Source: Somniosus microcephalus (lineage: Eukaryota). Taken from it: a DNA stretch of 64,000 nt. Below are positions 1 to 11,845 of this stretch, piece after piece. How positions within the stretch are numbered: position 1 is the stretch's first letter; every line of letters starts with the position of its first letter. A program made the position numbers and the translations under genes. Under the pieces are notes generated by a model, which saw nothing but the letters and a program-made list of their open reading frames with translations, was not told the DNA's origin and ran no database searches. The DNA is taken from positions 286,812,001-286,876,000 of the forward strand of contig CM126206.1 of the NCBI GenBank assembly GCA_052327205.1, read 5' to 3'.

Positions 1-2690
1 GGTCTCCTTCTCTATACCAACGTTAGTTACTGGCAAGCATTCAATTATAGTCGAATTTAATATTTCGACAGGATCCACTGCTGGTGCTTCCTCTGCAGTA
101 GGCAGTGGCAGGCGTGATAGCCCATCAGCGTTTCCATGCTGTTTCGTGCCCTTATACTCGATTTCATATTGGTGCGCCCCTAGAAAAAGGGACCATCTTT
201 GTAGCCGTTGCGCAGTCATCACCGGAACGCCCTTCTTTGGATTAAAGATGGAGACAAGTGGTTGGTGGTCAGTCAGCAAGGTGAATTTCTGCCCGTGCAG
301 TTAGTGATTGAACTTTTTCACTCCCCACACTAGGCTGAGGACCTCCCTGTCAATCTGGGCGCAGTTACGCTCGGCTGAGGTTAGTAATCGTGACGCAAAG
401 GCTATTGGCCTCTCTGAGCCGTCCGAGAATTTGTGCGACAGCACCGCTCCAATGCCGTAGGGTGACGCATCACATGCCAACCGAATTGGTAATGCCGGGT
501 TGTAATGGGCCAATACCTCTTTCGATGTGATTAGTGTTTTGCTCTTCTGGAAAGCTCGTCTACATTCGTCACTCCACTTCCATGGCACCCCAGTTTGCAG
601 TAGGGTGTTCAGTGGGTGTAGTATTGTAGACAAATTTGGCAAGAACTTATGGTAGTAGTTTACCAGCCCGAGGAACGACCTCAGTTGTGACACATTTTCC
701 GGTGCTGGAGCCTTGACTACTGCCTCAATCTTCTCTGGGGACTTATGTAACCCCTCTTTATCGATAACGTGGCCACAATACGAGATCTGTTTTCTAAAAA
801 ACTCGCATTTGGGGCGGTTAGCTCAGAGCCCATATTCCTGTAATCTAGTGAGCACCTGCTCCAGGTTGGCAAGGTGATCACTGTCATTTTCGCCTGTGAC
901 CAGGATGTCGTCCAAACAACACTGGGTCCCTGGGATCCCTTGCAGGACTTGTTCCATTGCCCTCTGCCAAATAGCCGGAGCTGATGCTACCCCGAATACC
1001 AGCCAGTTGTATTGGTAGAGACCTTTATGGGTGTTGATTGTGAGGTATTTTTTTGATGCTTCTTCTACCTCCATTTGCAGATACGCCTGGGCCAGATCAA
1101 TCTTAGTGAAGCGTTTCCCTCCAGATAGCGCGGCGAAAATATCTTCAATCCGCGGAAGTGGATGTTGTACGGTGTGAAGGACTGGGTTCACTGTTACCTT
1201 AAAGTCCCCACAGATGCGAACCTTCCTTGGTTCCCCAGGCGTGCTGCTCAACGACTTTTTCATCACAGGGACGATGGGTGTAGCCCACTCACTCCAGTCT
1301 ACCTTGGACAGTACACCTGAACGTTCCAGACTCTCCAGCTCTGCTTTGACGGCTGGGCGGATCAGATAAGTTACCGGTCTGGCCTTAAAAAATTTTGGGC
1401 TTGCGTTTTCTTCAATTTTAATCATCACTGTCATGCCTTTTAGTGTTCCGAGTCCTTGCTGGAACACTTATTTCGCGTCAGTTAGGATCTTTGACAGTCG
1501 CCCAGGTGTGACGTCGTCATCCTTTTTGTCAGCCACAGTCAGTGCCTGTATGGAATGCCAATCTAGCTGTATCTTCTGGATCCATTCACGTCCTAGTAGT
1601 GGTGGTCCTCCATCTGGCAATACATATAGGTCCATTTTTGGTGTTTCCTTGCCGTTATATATAACGTTCACCCTTATTTTTCCTTTGGGGTAGACTTTTT
1701 GCCTCGTGTACGTCTTCAAGACAATCTTTGTATCTCTCAAGGGTATATGTGAGAATAGCCGCTTGTAGTCCCTTTGGTTTATGACTGTTAGGGCTGATCC
1801 TGTGTCCAATTCCATTTTCACTTGGACTCCTGCTATCTTGAGCGTGACCCAGATAGTTTGGTGATCCTCCGTTTTGATCACATTATGTAGTTTCAGACAA
1901 CCCAGCTCCTTGCTTCCGGAGTCTGTATCACTCTTCTGTTCATCTGAACTACTCTCCGTCACCTTATGTACCTTCTTGTACATCTCCTGTGGAGATTTCT
2001 TGCTGCTGGTTTTCTTTCCCGACCTGCAGACTCTTGCTATGTGTCCTACTTTTCCACACTGTCTGCACACTTTGTCCTTGAACCAGCAATCATTATGGTT
2101 GTGTGTTCTGCCGCAGCGATAGCACTTCACTGTTCCGTATGACATTTCATTTGTGCCATATTCTTGCGGTCTCCGTTGTATCTCTGCAGCGCCCCGTGCT
2201 GCTGCTTTGTGTGATACTGCAATGCTGAAAGCCTTGTCCAGCGTAAGATCCTTTTCTGATAGAAGCCGTTTCTGGGTTCCTTCACTTTGAAGCCCACACA
2301 CAAACTTGTCCCTTAAAGTATCTGCTAGTCCCGTTCCAAACTGGCAGTGTTTCGATGGCTTGCGCAGTTCCGTTAAATACTCAGCATTACTTTCATCTTT
2401 ATGCTGGTTCCTTTTGTGAAACTTAAATCTTTCTGCTATCAGCAGTGGTGTGGGGTTTAAGTGGTCCTGTAGGATTGACACTATGTTTTCAAAATCCTTT
2501 TCTACTGGCTTCTCTGGGGTTACTAGGTTTCGTAGTAAGCCATACGTTTTTGCACCCATTGAATTCAACAATACCAGCGCTTGTCATCTGGCACTTCATT
2601 CGCCTTGCAGTATACTTCTATGCGTTCGACATATGTCGTCCAATCTTCGACTTCATTGTCGAACGCTGTGATACTGCCACTCTTCGGCAT
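1..2690 (-). pseudogene. gag-pol pseudogene of the Mag-like Gypsy
   Basis: ATG at 2690 (MPKSGSITAFDNEVEDWTTYVERIEVYCKAN), frameshift near 2575, two CCHC knuckles (CYRCGRTH, CRQCGKVGHIARVC), protease LDTGS, RT (WATPIVPV, RICGDFK, DLAQAYLQ, CLDD instead of YLDD), RNase H (ACDASPYGIGAVL, TDHQPL, NADGLSR). In-frame stops at 1468, 823 and 301. Confidence 0.93.
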
Positions 2691-3320
2691 TTCTGGGTGT
2701 GGTTAGACTGGCTTAAAATGGCATCTCCCGCGCTTTCCTTTCTTCCCCGCTGCAGCTTAAAATGGCGTCTCCCGCGCTGCTGCCAATGCCGCTCTCGGCG
2801 GTCCTCGTGGCAAATGGCGACGCCCTGTGGGTTTCGTGCGCTGCTGCTGCCAACGCCGCTCTCTCTGGTCCTCGTGGCAATGGCAGCGCCTCGCGTTTTC
2901 CTGCGCGCCTCTCTCCCCCGTTGTCGCTGCTTGGCCCTTGGTCACCGGCTGCGCTCTGCTCTCTCTCGTCTCTCTCCCCCGTTGACGCCGCTCGGTCCTG
3001 AACACCGGCTGTGCCCTGTGCGCTCTGCCCTCTCTCTCTCTCCCCGTTGACGCTGCTCGGCCTTTTTCTGTGCCGCTCGGTCGGGCTCTAACCCCTCGCT
3101 GTCCGGGAAGGGTCTGCGCAGTACCTGTTGCCAGCCCGTTTCGCTGGACCACCGTGACTGGAAAGCCAAGCCTGGCTCTCGACAGCCTCCCCTGCGATGC
3201 TGAAATCTCTGCTGGATGACTGGGCGGTTGCCCGTGGTCGACGCCCGTGCTTCTGGACTCGACCTTCTTCCACTGTTCTCCAGGAGCGAATCCCTGGGAG
3301 GTGATGCAGAGTTGCAGGTA

Positions 3321-3343
3321 GGTTCGAATCTACCTCGTCGCCA
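3321..3343 (-). promoter_or_regulatory. Primer-binding site complementary to the 3' end of tRNA-Ser(GCT)
   Basis: Minus strand reads TGGCGACGAGG 1 nt inside the LTR end. Plus strand GGTTCGAATCTACCTCGTCGCCA resembles the vertebrate tRNA-Ser(GCT) 3' end. Confidence 0.8.
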
Positions 3344-3344
3344 A

Positions 3345-3557
3345 TGTTAGATCCGTGTATCTTAATGTTGTGTCCTTCAATAATCCGACAACAGACTGCA
3401 GGGAACGATTCAACAGGTGTTTACTGAATGAGGGTTACTCTAGAACGAACTGTACAGATCACTACTCAGGGTTTATATACAGGTGTGGTCACTGCCGGTA
3501 CTACAGTATACAGGAGCTGTAAAAAGTAGTTCTCCCCTTAAAGGTACATAAATTACA
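3345..3557 (-). repeat. 5' LTR of the Mag-like Gypsy (about 213 bp)
   Basis: Minus strand TGTAAT...CTAACA, TATAAA near 3472-3477, AGTAAA at 3420-3425, PBS adjacent. Outer end inferred from the junction. Confidence 0.75.
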
Positions 3558-3634
3558 GATGTTGCCTGGCCTGCTGAGTTTTTCCAACATTTTCTGTTGT
3601 TATTTCAGATTTCCAGCATCTGCAGTATTTTGCT
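3558..3634. mobile_element. Fragment of an abundant Penelope-like repeat (other copies ~4160-4245, 9280-9495, 32027-32158, 33580-33670, 39724-39858)
   Basis: Recurrent gatgctgcctgacctgctgag...ttccagcattttctg...ttcagatttccagcatctgcag. The Penelope label is from recall. Confidence 0.6.
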
Positions 3635-3637
3635 ATC

Positions 3638-3933
3638 AAATCTGTTTTAGTGATGTTGATTGAGAGATAAATATTGGCCAGGACACCAGGGATAATTCCC
3701 TTGCTCTTCTTTCAAATAGCACCATGGGATCTTTTACATCCACCTGAGAGAGCAGATCCACCTCAGTTTAACACCTCATCCGAAAGACAGCACCTCTAAC
3801 AGTGCAGCACTCCCTCAGTATTGTACTGCAGTTTCAGCCTAGATATTTGTGCTCAAGTCCCTGGAGTGGGACTTGAACCCACAACCTTCTGACTCAAAGG
3901 TGAGTGTGCTACCCACTGAGCCACAGCTGACAC
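3638..3933 (-). mobile_element. tRNA-derived Deu-domain SINE (SacSINE1-like), lacking its 3' tail
   Basis: A box TGGCTCAGTGG and B box GGTTCAAGTCC on minus; Deu core aaaagatcccatgg...gtgtcctggccaatatttat. Confidence 0.85.
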
Positions 3934-4247
3934 AAAAAAGTGAATCTTTTATAGACTCTGGGCATTGGCAACTTGCAGTCTACTGAAGGCAGGCTTTTGT
4001 TGGCAGCAGAATGCTCCTCAGTTCATGGTACAACAGATATACTCCGACACAAAGTTATAGTCAGTACGTATGAGCAGAATGGTGGGGCTGCCCAGTTACA
4101 ACTGGGTGCTCGGATTTTAGACTTTGAGTCAGTGTCAATGTGGCAGAGAAAAAAAAGTAAAAAAATTGCAAATGCTGGAACTCTGTAATGAAAAATAGAA
4201 AATGCTGGAAACACTCAGCAGGTCAGCCAGTATCTGTGGATAGAACA

Positions 4248-4421
4248 GGGGCAATTTTAACCTCAACTGCCTGTCGGGCAACTGACAAGATCAGGTGCAA
4301 TGCTGCTTTTACACCTCACCTGACTTTAGTCAACGGGGAGTAATACTGGGCGGGTGTAAAACTGGCACGCCACCCGATCCGATGGGATTCCCACCCGGCG
4401 AGGTAGATTAAAATTAACCCC
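4248..4421. mobile_element. Fold-back MITE (Harbinger-like) inserted in a Penelope-type fragment
   Basis: Imperfect TIRs ggggcaattttaacct / agattaaaattaacccc; internal inverted pairs ttttacacc/ggtgtaaaa and gatcaggtg/cacccgatc. No clear TSD. Confidence 0.6.
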
Positions 4422-4489
4422 ATTGTTTCAGGAGTGGACCCTTCCTCAGAGCTGAGATGTATCAGGGTGTGGCAGGTGTGAAGGAGGAT

Positions 4490-7400
4490 GGGAGGTGGCG
4501 GGTGTGCTGAGGGTGGGGATGTGCTGGGGGTGGGGGGGTTTGCTGGGGGTGGGGGGGTGTGCTGGGGGTGGGCGCGTGTGTTGGGGGGTGGTGGGTGTGC
4601 TGGGGGTGGTGGGTGTGCTGGGGGTGGGGGTGTGTGCTGAGGGTGGGGGGTGTGCTGGGGGTGGCGGGTGTGCTGGGGGTGGTGGGTGTGCTGGGGTGGG
4701 GGATGTGCTGGGGGTGGGGGTGTGCTGGGGGTGGGGGGGTGTGCTGGGGGTGGGGGGGGTGCTGGGGGTGGGGGGGTGTGCTGGGGTGGGTGTGTGCTGA
4801 GGGTGGGGGGTGTGCTGCGGGTCGTGGGTGTGCTGGGGGTGGGGGTGTGCTGGGGTGGGGGGGTGTGCTGGGGGTGGGGGGGGTGCTGGGGGTGGGGGGG
4901 TGTGCTGGGGTGGTGGGTGTGCTGCGGGTGGGGGTGTGCTGGGGGTGGGGGGGTGCTGGGGGTGGGGGGGTGTGCTGGGGTGGTGGGTGTGCTGGGGTGG
5001 TGGGTGTGCTGGGGGTGGGGGGGTGCTGGGGGTGGGGGGGTGTGCTGAGGGTGGGGGGTGTGCTGGGGGTGGGGGTTGTGCTGGGGTGGGCGGGTGTGCT
5101 GGGGGTGGGGGGGTGCTGGGGGTGGGGGGGTGTGCTGAGGGTGGGGGGTGTGCTGGGGGTGGGGGTTGTGCTGGGGTGGGCGGGTGTGCTGGGGGTGGCG
5201 GGTGTGCTGGGGGTGGTGGGTGTGCTGGGGGTGGGGGGGTGTGCTGGGGGTGGGGGTTGTGCTGGGGTGGTGGGTGTGCTGGGGGTGGTGGGTGTGCTGG
5301 GGGTGGGGGGTGTGCTGGGTGTGGTGGGTGTGCTGGGAGTGGGGGGTGTGCTGGGGGTGGGGGTGTGCTGGGGGTGGTGGGTGTGTGCTGGGGGTGGCGG
5401 GTGTGCTGGGGGTGGGGGGTGTGCTGGGGGTGGGGGTGTGCTGGGGGTGGTGGGTGTGTGCTGGGGGTGGCGGGTGTGCTGGGGGTGGGGGGTGTGCTGG
5501 GGGTGGGGGTGTGTGCTGGGGGTGGGGGGGTGTGCTGGGGGTGGGCGGGTGTGCTGGGGTGGTGGGTGTGCTGGGGGTGGGGGGGTGCTGGGGGTGGGGG
5601 GGTGTGCTGAGGGTGGGGGGTGTGCTGGGGGTGGGGGTTGTGCTGGGGTGGGCGGGTGTGCTGGGGGTGGGGGGGTGCTGGGGGTGGGGGGGTGTGCTGA
5701 GGGTGGGGGGTGTGCTGGGGGTGGGGGTTGTGCTGGGGTGGGCGGGTGTGCTGGGGGTGGCGGGTGTGCTGGGGGTGGTGGGTGTGCTGGGGGTGGTGGG
5801 TGTGCTGGGGGTGGGCGGGTGTGCTGGGGGTGGGCGGGTGTGCTGGGGGTGGGGGGTGTGCTGGGGGTGGCGGGTGTGCTGGGGTGGTGGGTGTGCTGGG
5901 GGTGGGGGGGTGTGCTGAGGGTGGGGGGTGTGCTGGGGGTGGGGGTTGTGCTGGGGTGGGCGGGTGTGCTGGGGGTGGCGGGTGTGCTGGGGGTGGCGGG
6001 TGTGCTGGGGTGGTGGGTGTGCTGGGGGTGGGCGGGTGTGCTGGGGGTGGGCGGGTGTGCTGGGGGTGGTGGGTGTGCTGGGGGTGGTGGGTGTGCTGGG
6101 GGTGGGCGGGTGTGCTGGGGGTGGTGGGTGTGCTGGGGGTGGTGGGTGTGCTGGGAGTGGGGGGTGTGCTGGGGGTGGGGGGTGTGCTGGGGGTGGTGGG
6201 TGTGCTGGGGGTGGTGGGTGTGCTGGGGGTGGTGGGTGTGCTGGGGGTGGCGGGTGTGCTGGGGTGGGGGGTGTGCTGGGGGTGGGGGGGTGTGCTGGGG
6301 TGGTGGGTGTGCTGCGGGTGGGGGTGTGCTGGGGGTGGGGGGGTGCTGGGGGTGGGGGGGTGTGCTGGTGGTGGGGGTTGTGCTGGGGTGGTGGGTGTGC
6401 TGGGGGTGGTGGGTGTGCTGGGGGTGGGGGGTGTGCTGGGTGTGGTGGGTGTGCTGGGAGTGGGGGGTGTGCTGGGGGTGGGGGTGTGCTGGGGGTGGTG
6501 GGTGTGTGCTGGGGGTGGCGGGTGTGCTGGGGGTGGGGGGTGTGCTGGGGGTGGGGGTGTGCTGGGGGTGGGGGGGTGTGCTGGGGGTGGGCGGGTGTGC
6601 TGGGGTGGTGGGTGTGCTGGGGGTGGGGTGGTGCTGGGGGTGGGGGGGTGTGCTGAGGGTGGGGGGTGTGCTGGGGGTGGGGGTTGTGCTGGGGTGGGCG
6701 GGTGTGCTGGGGGTGGGGGGGTGCTGGGGGTGGGGGGGTGTGCTGAGGGTGGGGGGTGTGCTGGGGGTGGGGGTTGTGCTGGGGTGGGCGGGTGTGCTGG
6801 GGGTGGCGGGTGTGCTGGGGGTGGCGGGTGTGCTGGGGGTGGTGGGTGTGCTGGGGGTGGGCGGGTGTGCTGGGGGTGGGCGGGTGTGCTGGGGGTGGGG
6901 GGTGTGCTGGGGGTGGCGGGTGTGCTGGGGTGGTGGGTGTGCTGGGGGTGGGGGGGTGTGCTGAGGGTGGGGGGTGTGCTGGGGGTGGGGGTTGTGCTGG
7001 GGTGGGCGGGTGTGCTGGGGGTGGCGGGTGTGCTGGGGGTGGCGGGTGTGCTGGGGTGGTGGGTGTGCTGGGGGTGGGCGGGTGTGCTGGGGGTGGGCGG
7101 GTGTGCTGGGGGTGGTGGGTGTGCTGGGGGTGGTGGGTGTGCTGGGGGTGGGCGGGTGTGCTGGGGGTGGTGGGTGTGCTGGGGGTGGTGGGTGTGCTGG
7201 GAGTGGGGGGTGTGCTGGGGGTGGGGGGTGTGCTGGGGGTGGTGGGTGTGCTGGGGGTGGTGGGTGTGCTGGGGGTGGTGGGTGTGCTGGGGGTGGCGGG
7301 TGTGCTGGGGTGGGGGGTGTGCTGGGAGTGGGGGGTGTGCCGGGGGTAGTGGCTGTGCTGGGGGTGGTGGGTGTGTCAGGGGGTGGGGGGTGTGCTGGGG

Positions 7401-7590
7401 GTGGTGGGTGTGCTGGGGGTGGTGGGTGTGCTGGGGGTGGGGGTGTGCTGGGGGTGGCGGGGGTGGCGGGTGTGTCGGGGGTGGCGGGTGTGCCGGGGGT
7501 GGGGGGTGTACCAGGGGTGGCGGGTGTGCCGGGGGTAGTGGCTGTGCTGGGGGTGGTGGGTGTGTCAGGGGGTGGCGGGTATGCTGGAGT
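4490..7590 (+). repeat. G-rich minisatellite, ~18-bp unit GGGTGTGCTGGGGGTGG(T/C/G), with a ~1.05-kb higher-order duplication
   Basis: Directly visible; units 17-20 bp. Matching blocks at offset 1046 (5710/6756, 5928/6974). Confidence 0.97.
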
Positions 7591-8369
7591 CCCGATTGTG
7601 GATGAGTTGGGAACTCATGTGCCCTGTAAGGTGCAGTGTAACCGTGGCCATCAGATTCCTTCACTTCAGTTGGATGATGCACAGTCCGGACCAATTGCTC
7701 AAACATGCCACATGGCCATGCAGTTTAACCTTGGTGCTGTTTTTCTGTGCAGGGGATGGTGCATTTTTGCACAGCGTGTGGGAAACAAAAGATTAACACT
7801 TGCTGCTTGATCTGAGAAGGGTAGAAACTGTTCACAAACAGCCTGATAAAAGACACAGGTTTTGTGTGACGGCAGGATTTGAGTGGAGGAGTTCACCGTG
7901 CTTCACCACACGCACAACAGGCTCTGTTTTGTTTTGATTATAAAGAATATTGAATGTTTAGAATAAATTGCGACAAGTAAACAGTGTGTGATGATCCGAG
8001 GGACACAGGAAGGGCATTGTATTTTCCATTAAAGGGACATTGTCTCCATGGTAATATGTTTGACAGGCCATCTTGTGTTTCTTGACAAACTTATGATTCA
8101 ATGATGTTGCAAATGAAATGCCACACACTTGTTCTCCTCTCCGAACTAAAGGTGATCGCTTTTTCATTAAATCGTAGCTCCTTTAATTCTTTTTTCTTTT
8201 GCTTTCTCCATTCTGCTCCCTAGTTTTCTCCCCTTGGCCCTGGTCTCCTGAAGGCACTGATTAGCCCTCAGGTGATGAGGGCCCTCGCTGACAACAACTT
8301 GCACTTGTGTCACACCAAGGGAATTTACAAAGAAACAATGCAAGAAAACAGATCCAGAGGTTAGAGGAA

Positions 8370-9277
8370 GCGACTTAGAGGCCAGGTTGGGAAGCTTTCT
8401 AAAGGAGGACAGAGAATAAGAGAGGTTGAGGGAGGGAGTTCCAATGAGTAGGGCCAAGGCGGCTGGAGACTCTGCCATTGAGGGGTGGGAATCTGTGTTG
8501 GGGGATGGAAGGGTTTTCGAGGGGTATTTAGCTGGAGGTGGTTGTTGCGATAGGGAGTTGCAAGGAAGTGGAAGGATCTGATGTCAAGGTCAAAGCTTTT
8601 AAATTGGATACATGGGGTGGGGTGGGAACAGGGAAACAGTGCGGGTCAGCAAGGATTGGGGTGATGGTCGAGCAGGGCATAATGTGGGAGAGGATGCAGG
8701 CTGCTGCATTTTGGACAAGGTGGAGTTTATGGAGGATGGATGATGGAAGACCAGCAAGCAGAGTGTTGAAGTACAGGGAACTCTCTTTTAACCGGCACCT
8801 AAAAAAAAAACCCGGAAACCTCTGTTAACCGGCAAAATTCAGGAGTAGGTTCAGGTAAGTTTTACTTCATATTAGTGGCAGTTCCTGGATCTGTGGCTGT
8901 GTAACTGGGGTTCGTGCACTTGTTGCTAAGCAACAGGGATGCTTGGTCTGTGGCCGGAGTTCCTGCACATGTTGCTAAGCAACAGGGAAGCCTGGATTTG
9001 TTGCTGTGTACGGAGCTCTCGTACCTTTTAAACTATACCTCTCTGTAATCTGGACTTTTTGATAAACCGGCACCACGCCGGTCCCGTCGGTGCCGGATAA
9101 TAAAGAGTTTCCTGTAGACAAGTCTGCATGTGATAAAAGTGTCGGTGATGGTTTCAGTAGCCGGGGGAGGGATTGAGATGCGGTGGAGATGGCGATGTTA
9201 TGGAGGTAGAAGTAAGCAGATTTGATGATGTGAGCTATGAACCTCATTTCAGGGTTGAGCACGATACCAAGGTTGCT
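8370..9277 (-). mobile_element. L2 LINE 3' fragment, split by a MITE
   Basis: Minus-strand NLGIVLNPEMRF...IIKSAYFYLHNIA; similar to the other L2 copies; sequence resumes after the MITE. Confidence 0.75.
8774..9114. mobile_element. TA-flanked Tc1/mariner (pogo/Tigger-like) MITE, copy 1
   Basis: TA|CAGGGAACTCT ... AGAGTTTCCTG|TA; internal GTTGCTAAGCAAC at 8922 and 8971. Confidence 0.85.
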
Positions 9278-9279
9278 AT

Positions 9280-9495
9280 AATAAAAACAAAAAATGCTGG
9301 AAATACTCAGCAGGTCAGGCAGCATCTGTGGGGAGAGAAACAGAGTTAACGTTTCAGGTCGGTGACCTTTAGAAAGGACATTGATCTGAAACATTATCTC
9401 TGTTTCTCTCGCCACAGATGCTGCCTGACCTGCTGAGTATTTCCAGCATTTTCTGTTTTTATTTCAGATTTCCAGCACCCGCAGTATTTTAATTT
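9280..9495. repeat. Inverted pair of Penelope-like fragments forming a hairpin with ~90-bp arms
   Basis: aaatgctggaaatactcagcaggtcaggcagcatctgtgg and its reverse complement around a centre near 9370. Confidence 0.8.
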
Positions 9496-10214
9496 TGTCC
9501 CAAGGTTGCTTCTCCACTGTGGAGGGCATCACAGCCATGCCGCTCATGTTCACCTGCGATCCTTCAACACGTGTAGGGCTCACTGGACAATGGCCAGGAG
9601 TGGGACACCGAGCTACTTTTGCCCCCTCACTACCCCGGGACCCCTGAGACTAGTTGATGTGTCCCCTCACTGCCACACAGGCTGGGACTGAGTTACTGAC
9701 TCCAACCAGAAACAGCACAAAGTATTGGAACGACAATGCGCCCGTCTGACTGGCCTGTTCTGTGTTTATCTCTCTATGTAAACCTCTCTGCCTCTTCAGT
9801 GCCGATTCTGACTGTTGCTGGTTTCATCTGAAGACCAAACTATGATAAAATGTGTAAATAAGTTGGTGGGAATTAAACCCGAAGGCCACATTTCCTTTTG
9901 CATACAAATGGCTGATGTGCATCAACATATTCAATCCAGGGGATATTTTTACTTTATTTTTTAAAAGGCCAGTGCGTTTGTTAATGTATTGCCAATTATT
10001 TTGTTTTAGTTTAAGGGGCCAATTTACTCCTTTTGGCTCCAAAGCACAAATTAGGGCCCTTGGCATCCACTGATGAATTGTGGGCACATGGGGCAGTGCA
10101 GGGCAACACTAAAGTCACACAAGCCTTCATACAGGCGCTTTTATTTCAAAGCAGTATCGTCAGCTCCTAACGTATGGGTACCATTTGGCCAATGCCACCG
10201 CCAAGATGGACGCC

Positions 10215-10659
10215 AGCCATGGCTCAGTGGCAAGCACTCTTGCCCTTGAGTCAGAAGGTCATAGGTTCAAGCCCCACTCCAGAGACTTGAGCACCTAACT
10301 AGTCTGACAACCCAATGTAATACCGAGGGAGTGCTGCACTGCCAGAGTTGCTGTCTTTCGGTTGAGATGTTAAACCGAGCTCCTGTCCCCCTCTCGGGTG
10401 CACATAAAATATCCATGACACAATTCAAAGAACAGGAGCGTTCTCCCAGTGTCCTGGCCAATATTTATGCCTCAATCGACACCTCGAGGGAGATAGAAAC
10501 TGGTCATTTACCTCATTGCTGTTTGTGAGATCTTGCTGTGCACAAATTGGCTGCCACATATGCCTAAAACCAACAGTGACACTACTTCACTAGTAACTCA
10601 CTTTCTGCCGAGCGCTTTGAGACATCCTGAGGATGTAAAAGGTGCTGCGCAAAGACAAG
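10215..10659 (+). mobile_element. SacSINE1-like SINE whose last bases are displaced to ~17952-17970 by the Harbinger insertion
   Basis: tRNA head, Deu core, tail ...aaagacaag; the expected continuation ttc(g)ttctttc appears right after the Harbinger right TIR. Confidence 0.85.
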
Positions 10660-11170
10660 GGGCTAGAAATTCAGCTCCGTAGCACCCGATTTTTTCGGTG
10701 CTACGGGTGCTGTTTTGTATTGAAAATGGCGTCTGTACTGCCTGCGCGCACTTCTGGTGTGGGCCGCGCCAGACGCCATTTTGGTGAGGGCGGTAGGGCA
10801 GGCGTTAGGAGCGTGCGCCGGAAGCAAGTAGAGTGGGCAGATCGTTACGTCAATCAGCATGCCATGCTGATTTGACGCAAGTGCTGCCATTTTCGTCCTT
10901 AACGCCGGAGCTAACGCCCTGTCTTAACCTCGCACAGCTGAACATGCGTTCAGCAGCAGCAAGGACCCACCGCCAGCAATATTGAAAGGGATCAGTAACC
11001 ACTCTCAGGTTAGTTCCTGATTAATTTCTACTGGCTCTGTGTAAGTTTGTAAAAGTGTTTGGTGATTTCCAGAGTTGTTTAGTGCTGGTGAGGTGACAGG
11101 GTTTGGTGCAAGTAGAAAAGGCCTTGGTTCTGACTTCAAGGGCTCAAGGAGGCAATCAGCACATCCTGTC

Positions 11171-11218
11171 TCTGGTTGGGCTGTCCATGATTGCCTCATT
11201 CGACTATGCTTCCAATGA
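11171..11218 (+). pseudogene. C-terminal remnant of a HARBI1-type transposase
   Basis: Reads SGWAVHDCLIRLCFQ*; reversing four CpG-type transitions gives SGRAVRDRLIRLRFQ*, typical of Harbinger transposase ends. AATAAA at 11311. Confidence 0.55.
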
Positions 11219-11845
11219 ACACAACTTTAAATCCCCATTTTACAATAGTCCCACACCTTACCATCCCTCTGTTCTGGACCATCACAGCGTCCTCTTGGCC
11301 ACAATGTTGAAATAAAAGCCACCACAAAGCAAACTTTCCAATCCAACTTTATACATCAAGCCATCCAATATTACAGAACAAAGTCAACTAATCACCCTTG
11401 TGCATTCCCTTAGTGCCTGTCTTCCGTGTGCCTTTGCCTGTCCTAGTGCTCCTATGCAATGCTACCTCAGTGGCTGCAGCATAGCTGGTGAAAGGCTGCT
11501 GACTTTCGGTGGGGGAGATTGCAGATGGCCGAGCACCTCTGGGCCTAGAAGGCCTGAATTTAGACTGCACCACCTCGGCGTGGGCGGCAACAGTCTGGGC
11601 TGGCTGGCTGACAGGCAACAGCAAGAGCCCTGGCGGAGTGGCAATGGCGAGAGTATGAATGCTGTCATCCTGAGAGAGAACAGCAGGTTCACGCTCCACG
11701 GAGCCATTGCCACTCCCCAGGGGTAGTGCCTCAGCAGTCCTAGTAATCTGCTGGAGTATAGACTGCTGGACTGCTGTGACACCCTGCAAGCCCCTTTCCA
11801 CACTGGTTACCGCAGCCACGATGGCAGCAGCCTGAGCTTGCGTGG

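Larger units (their letters stand above)
1..3557 (-). mobile_element. Gypsy/Ty3 LTR retrotransposon (Mag-like), decayed; integrase and 3' LTR lie beyond the window start
   Basis: Order on minus strand: LTR, PBS, gag, protease, RT, RNase H. Its outer end abuts a Penelope-type fragment at 3558. Confidence 0.93.

Noticed and set aside
2445-3273. GC-rich ORFs upstream of the Mag-like gag
   Set aside because: Leader region with short direct repeats; open in several frames with no domain signature.
4490-7590. Resemblance to an immunoglobulin switch region (G runs with TGCT WRCY hotspots)
   Set aside because: No Ig exons or recombination signals seen in the window and no AGCT palindromes; composition alone explains it.
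4446-7810. 1086-aa Pro/His-rich ORF and overlapping Gly/Val/Cys/Trp ORFs
   Set aside because: The minisatellite has almost no stop codons on either strand, and unit lengths of 17-20 bp shift frame freely, so there is no sign of coding constraint.
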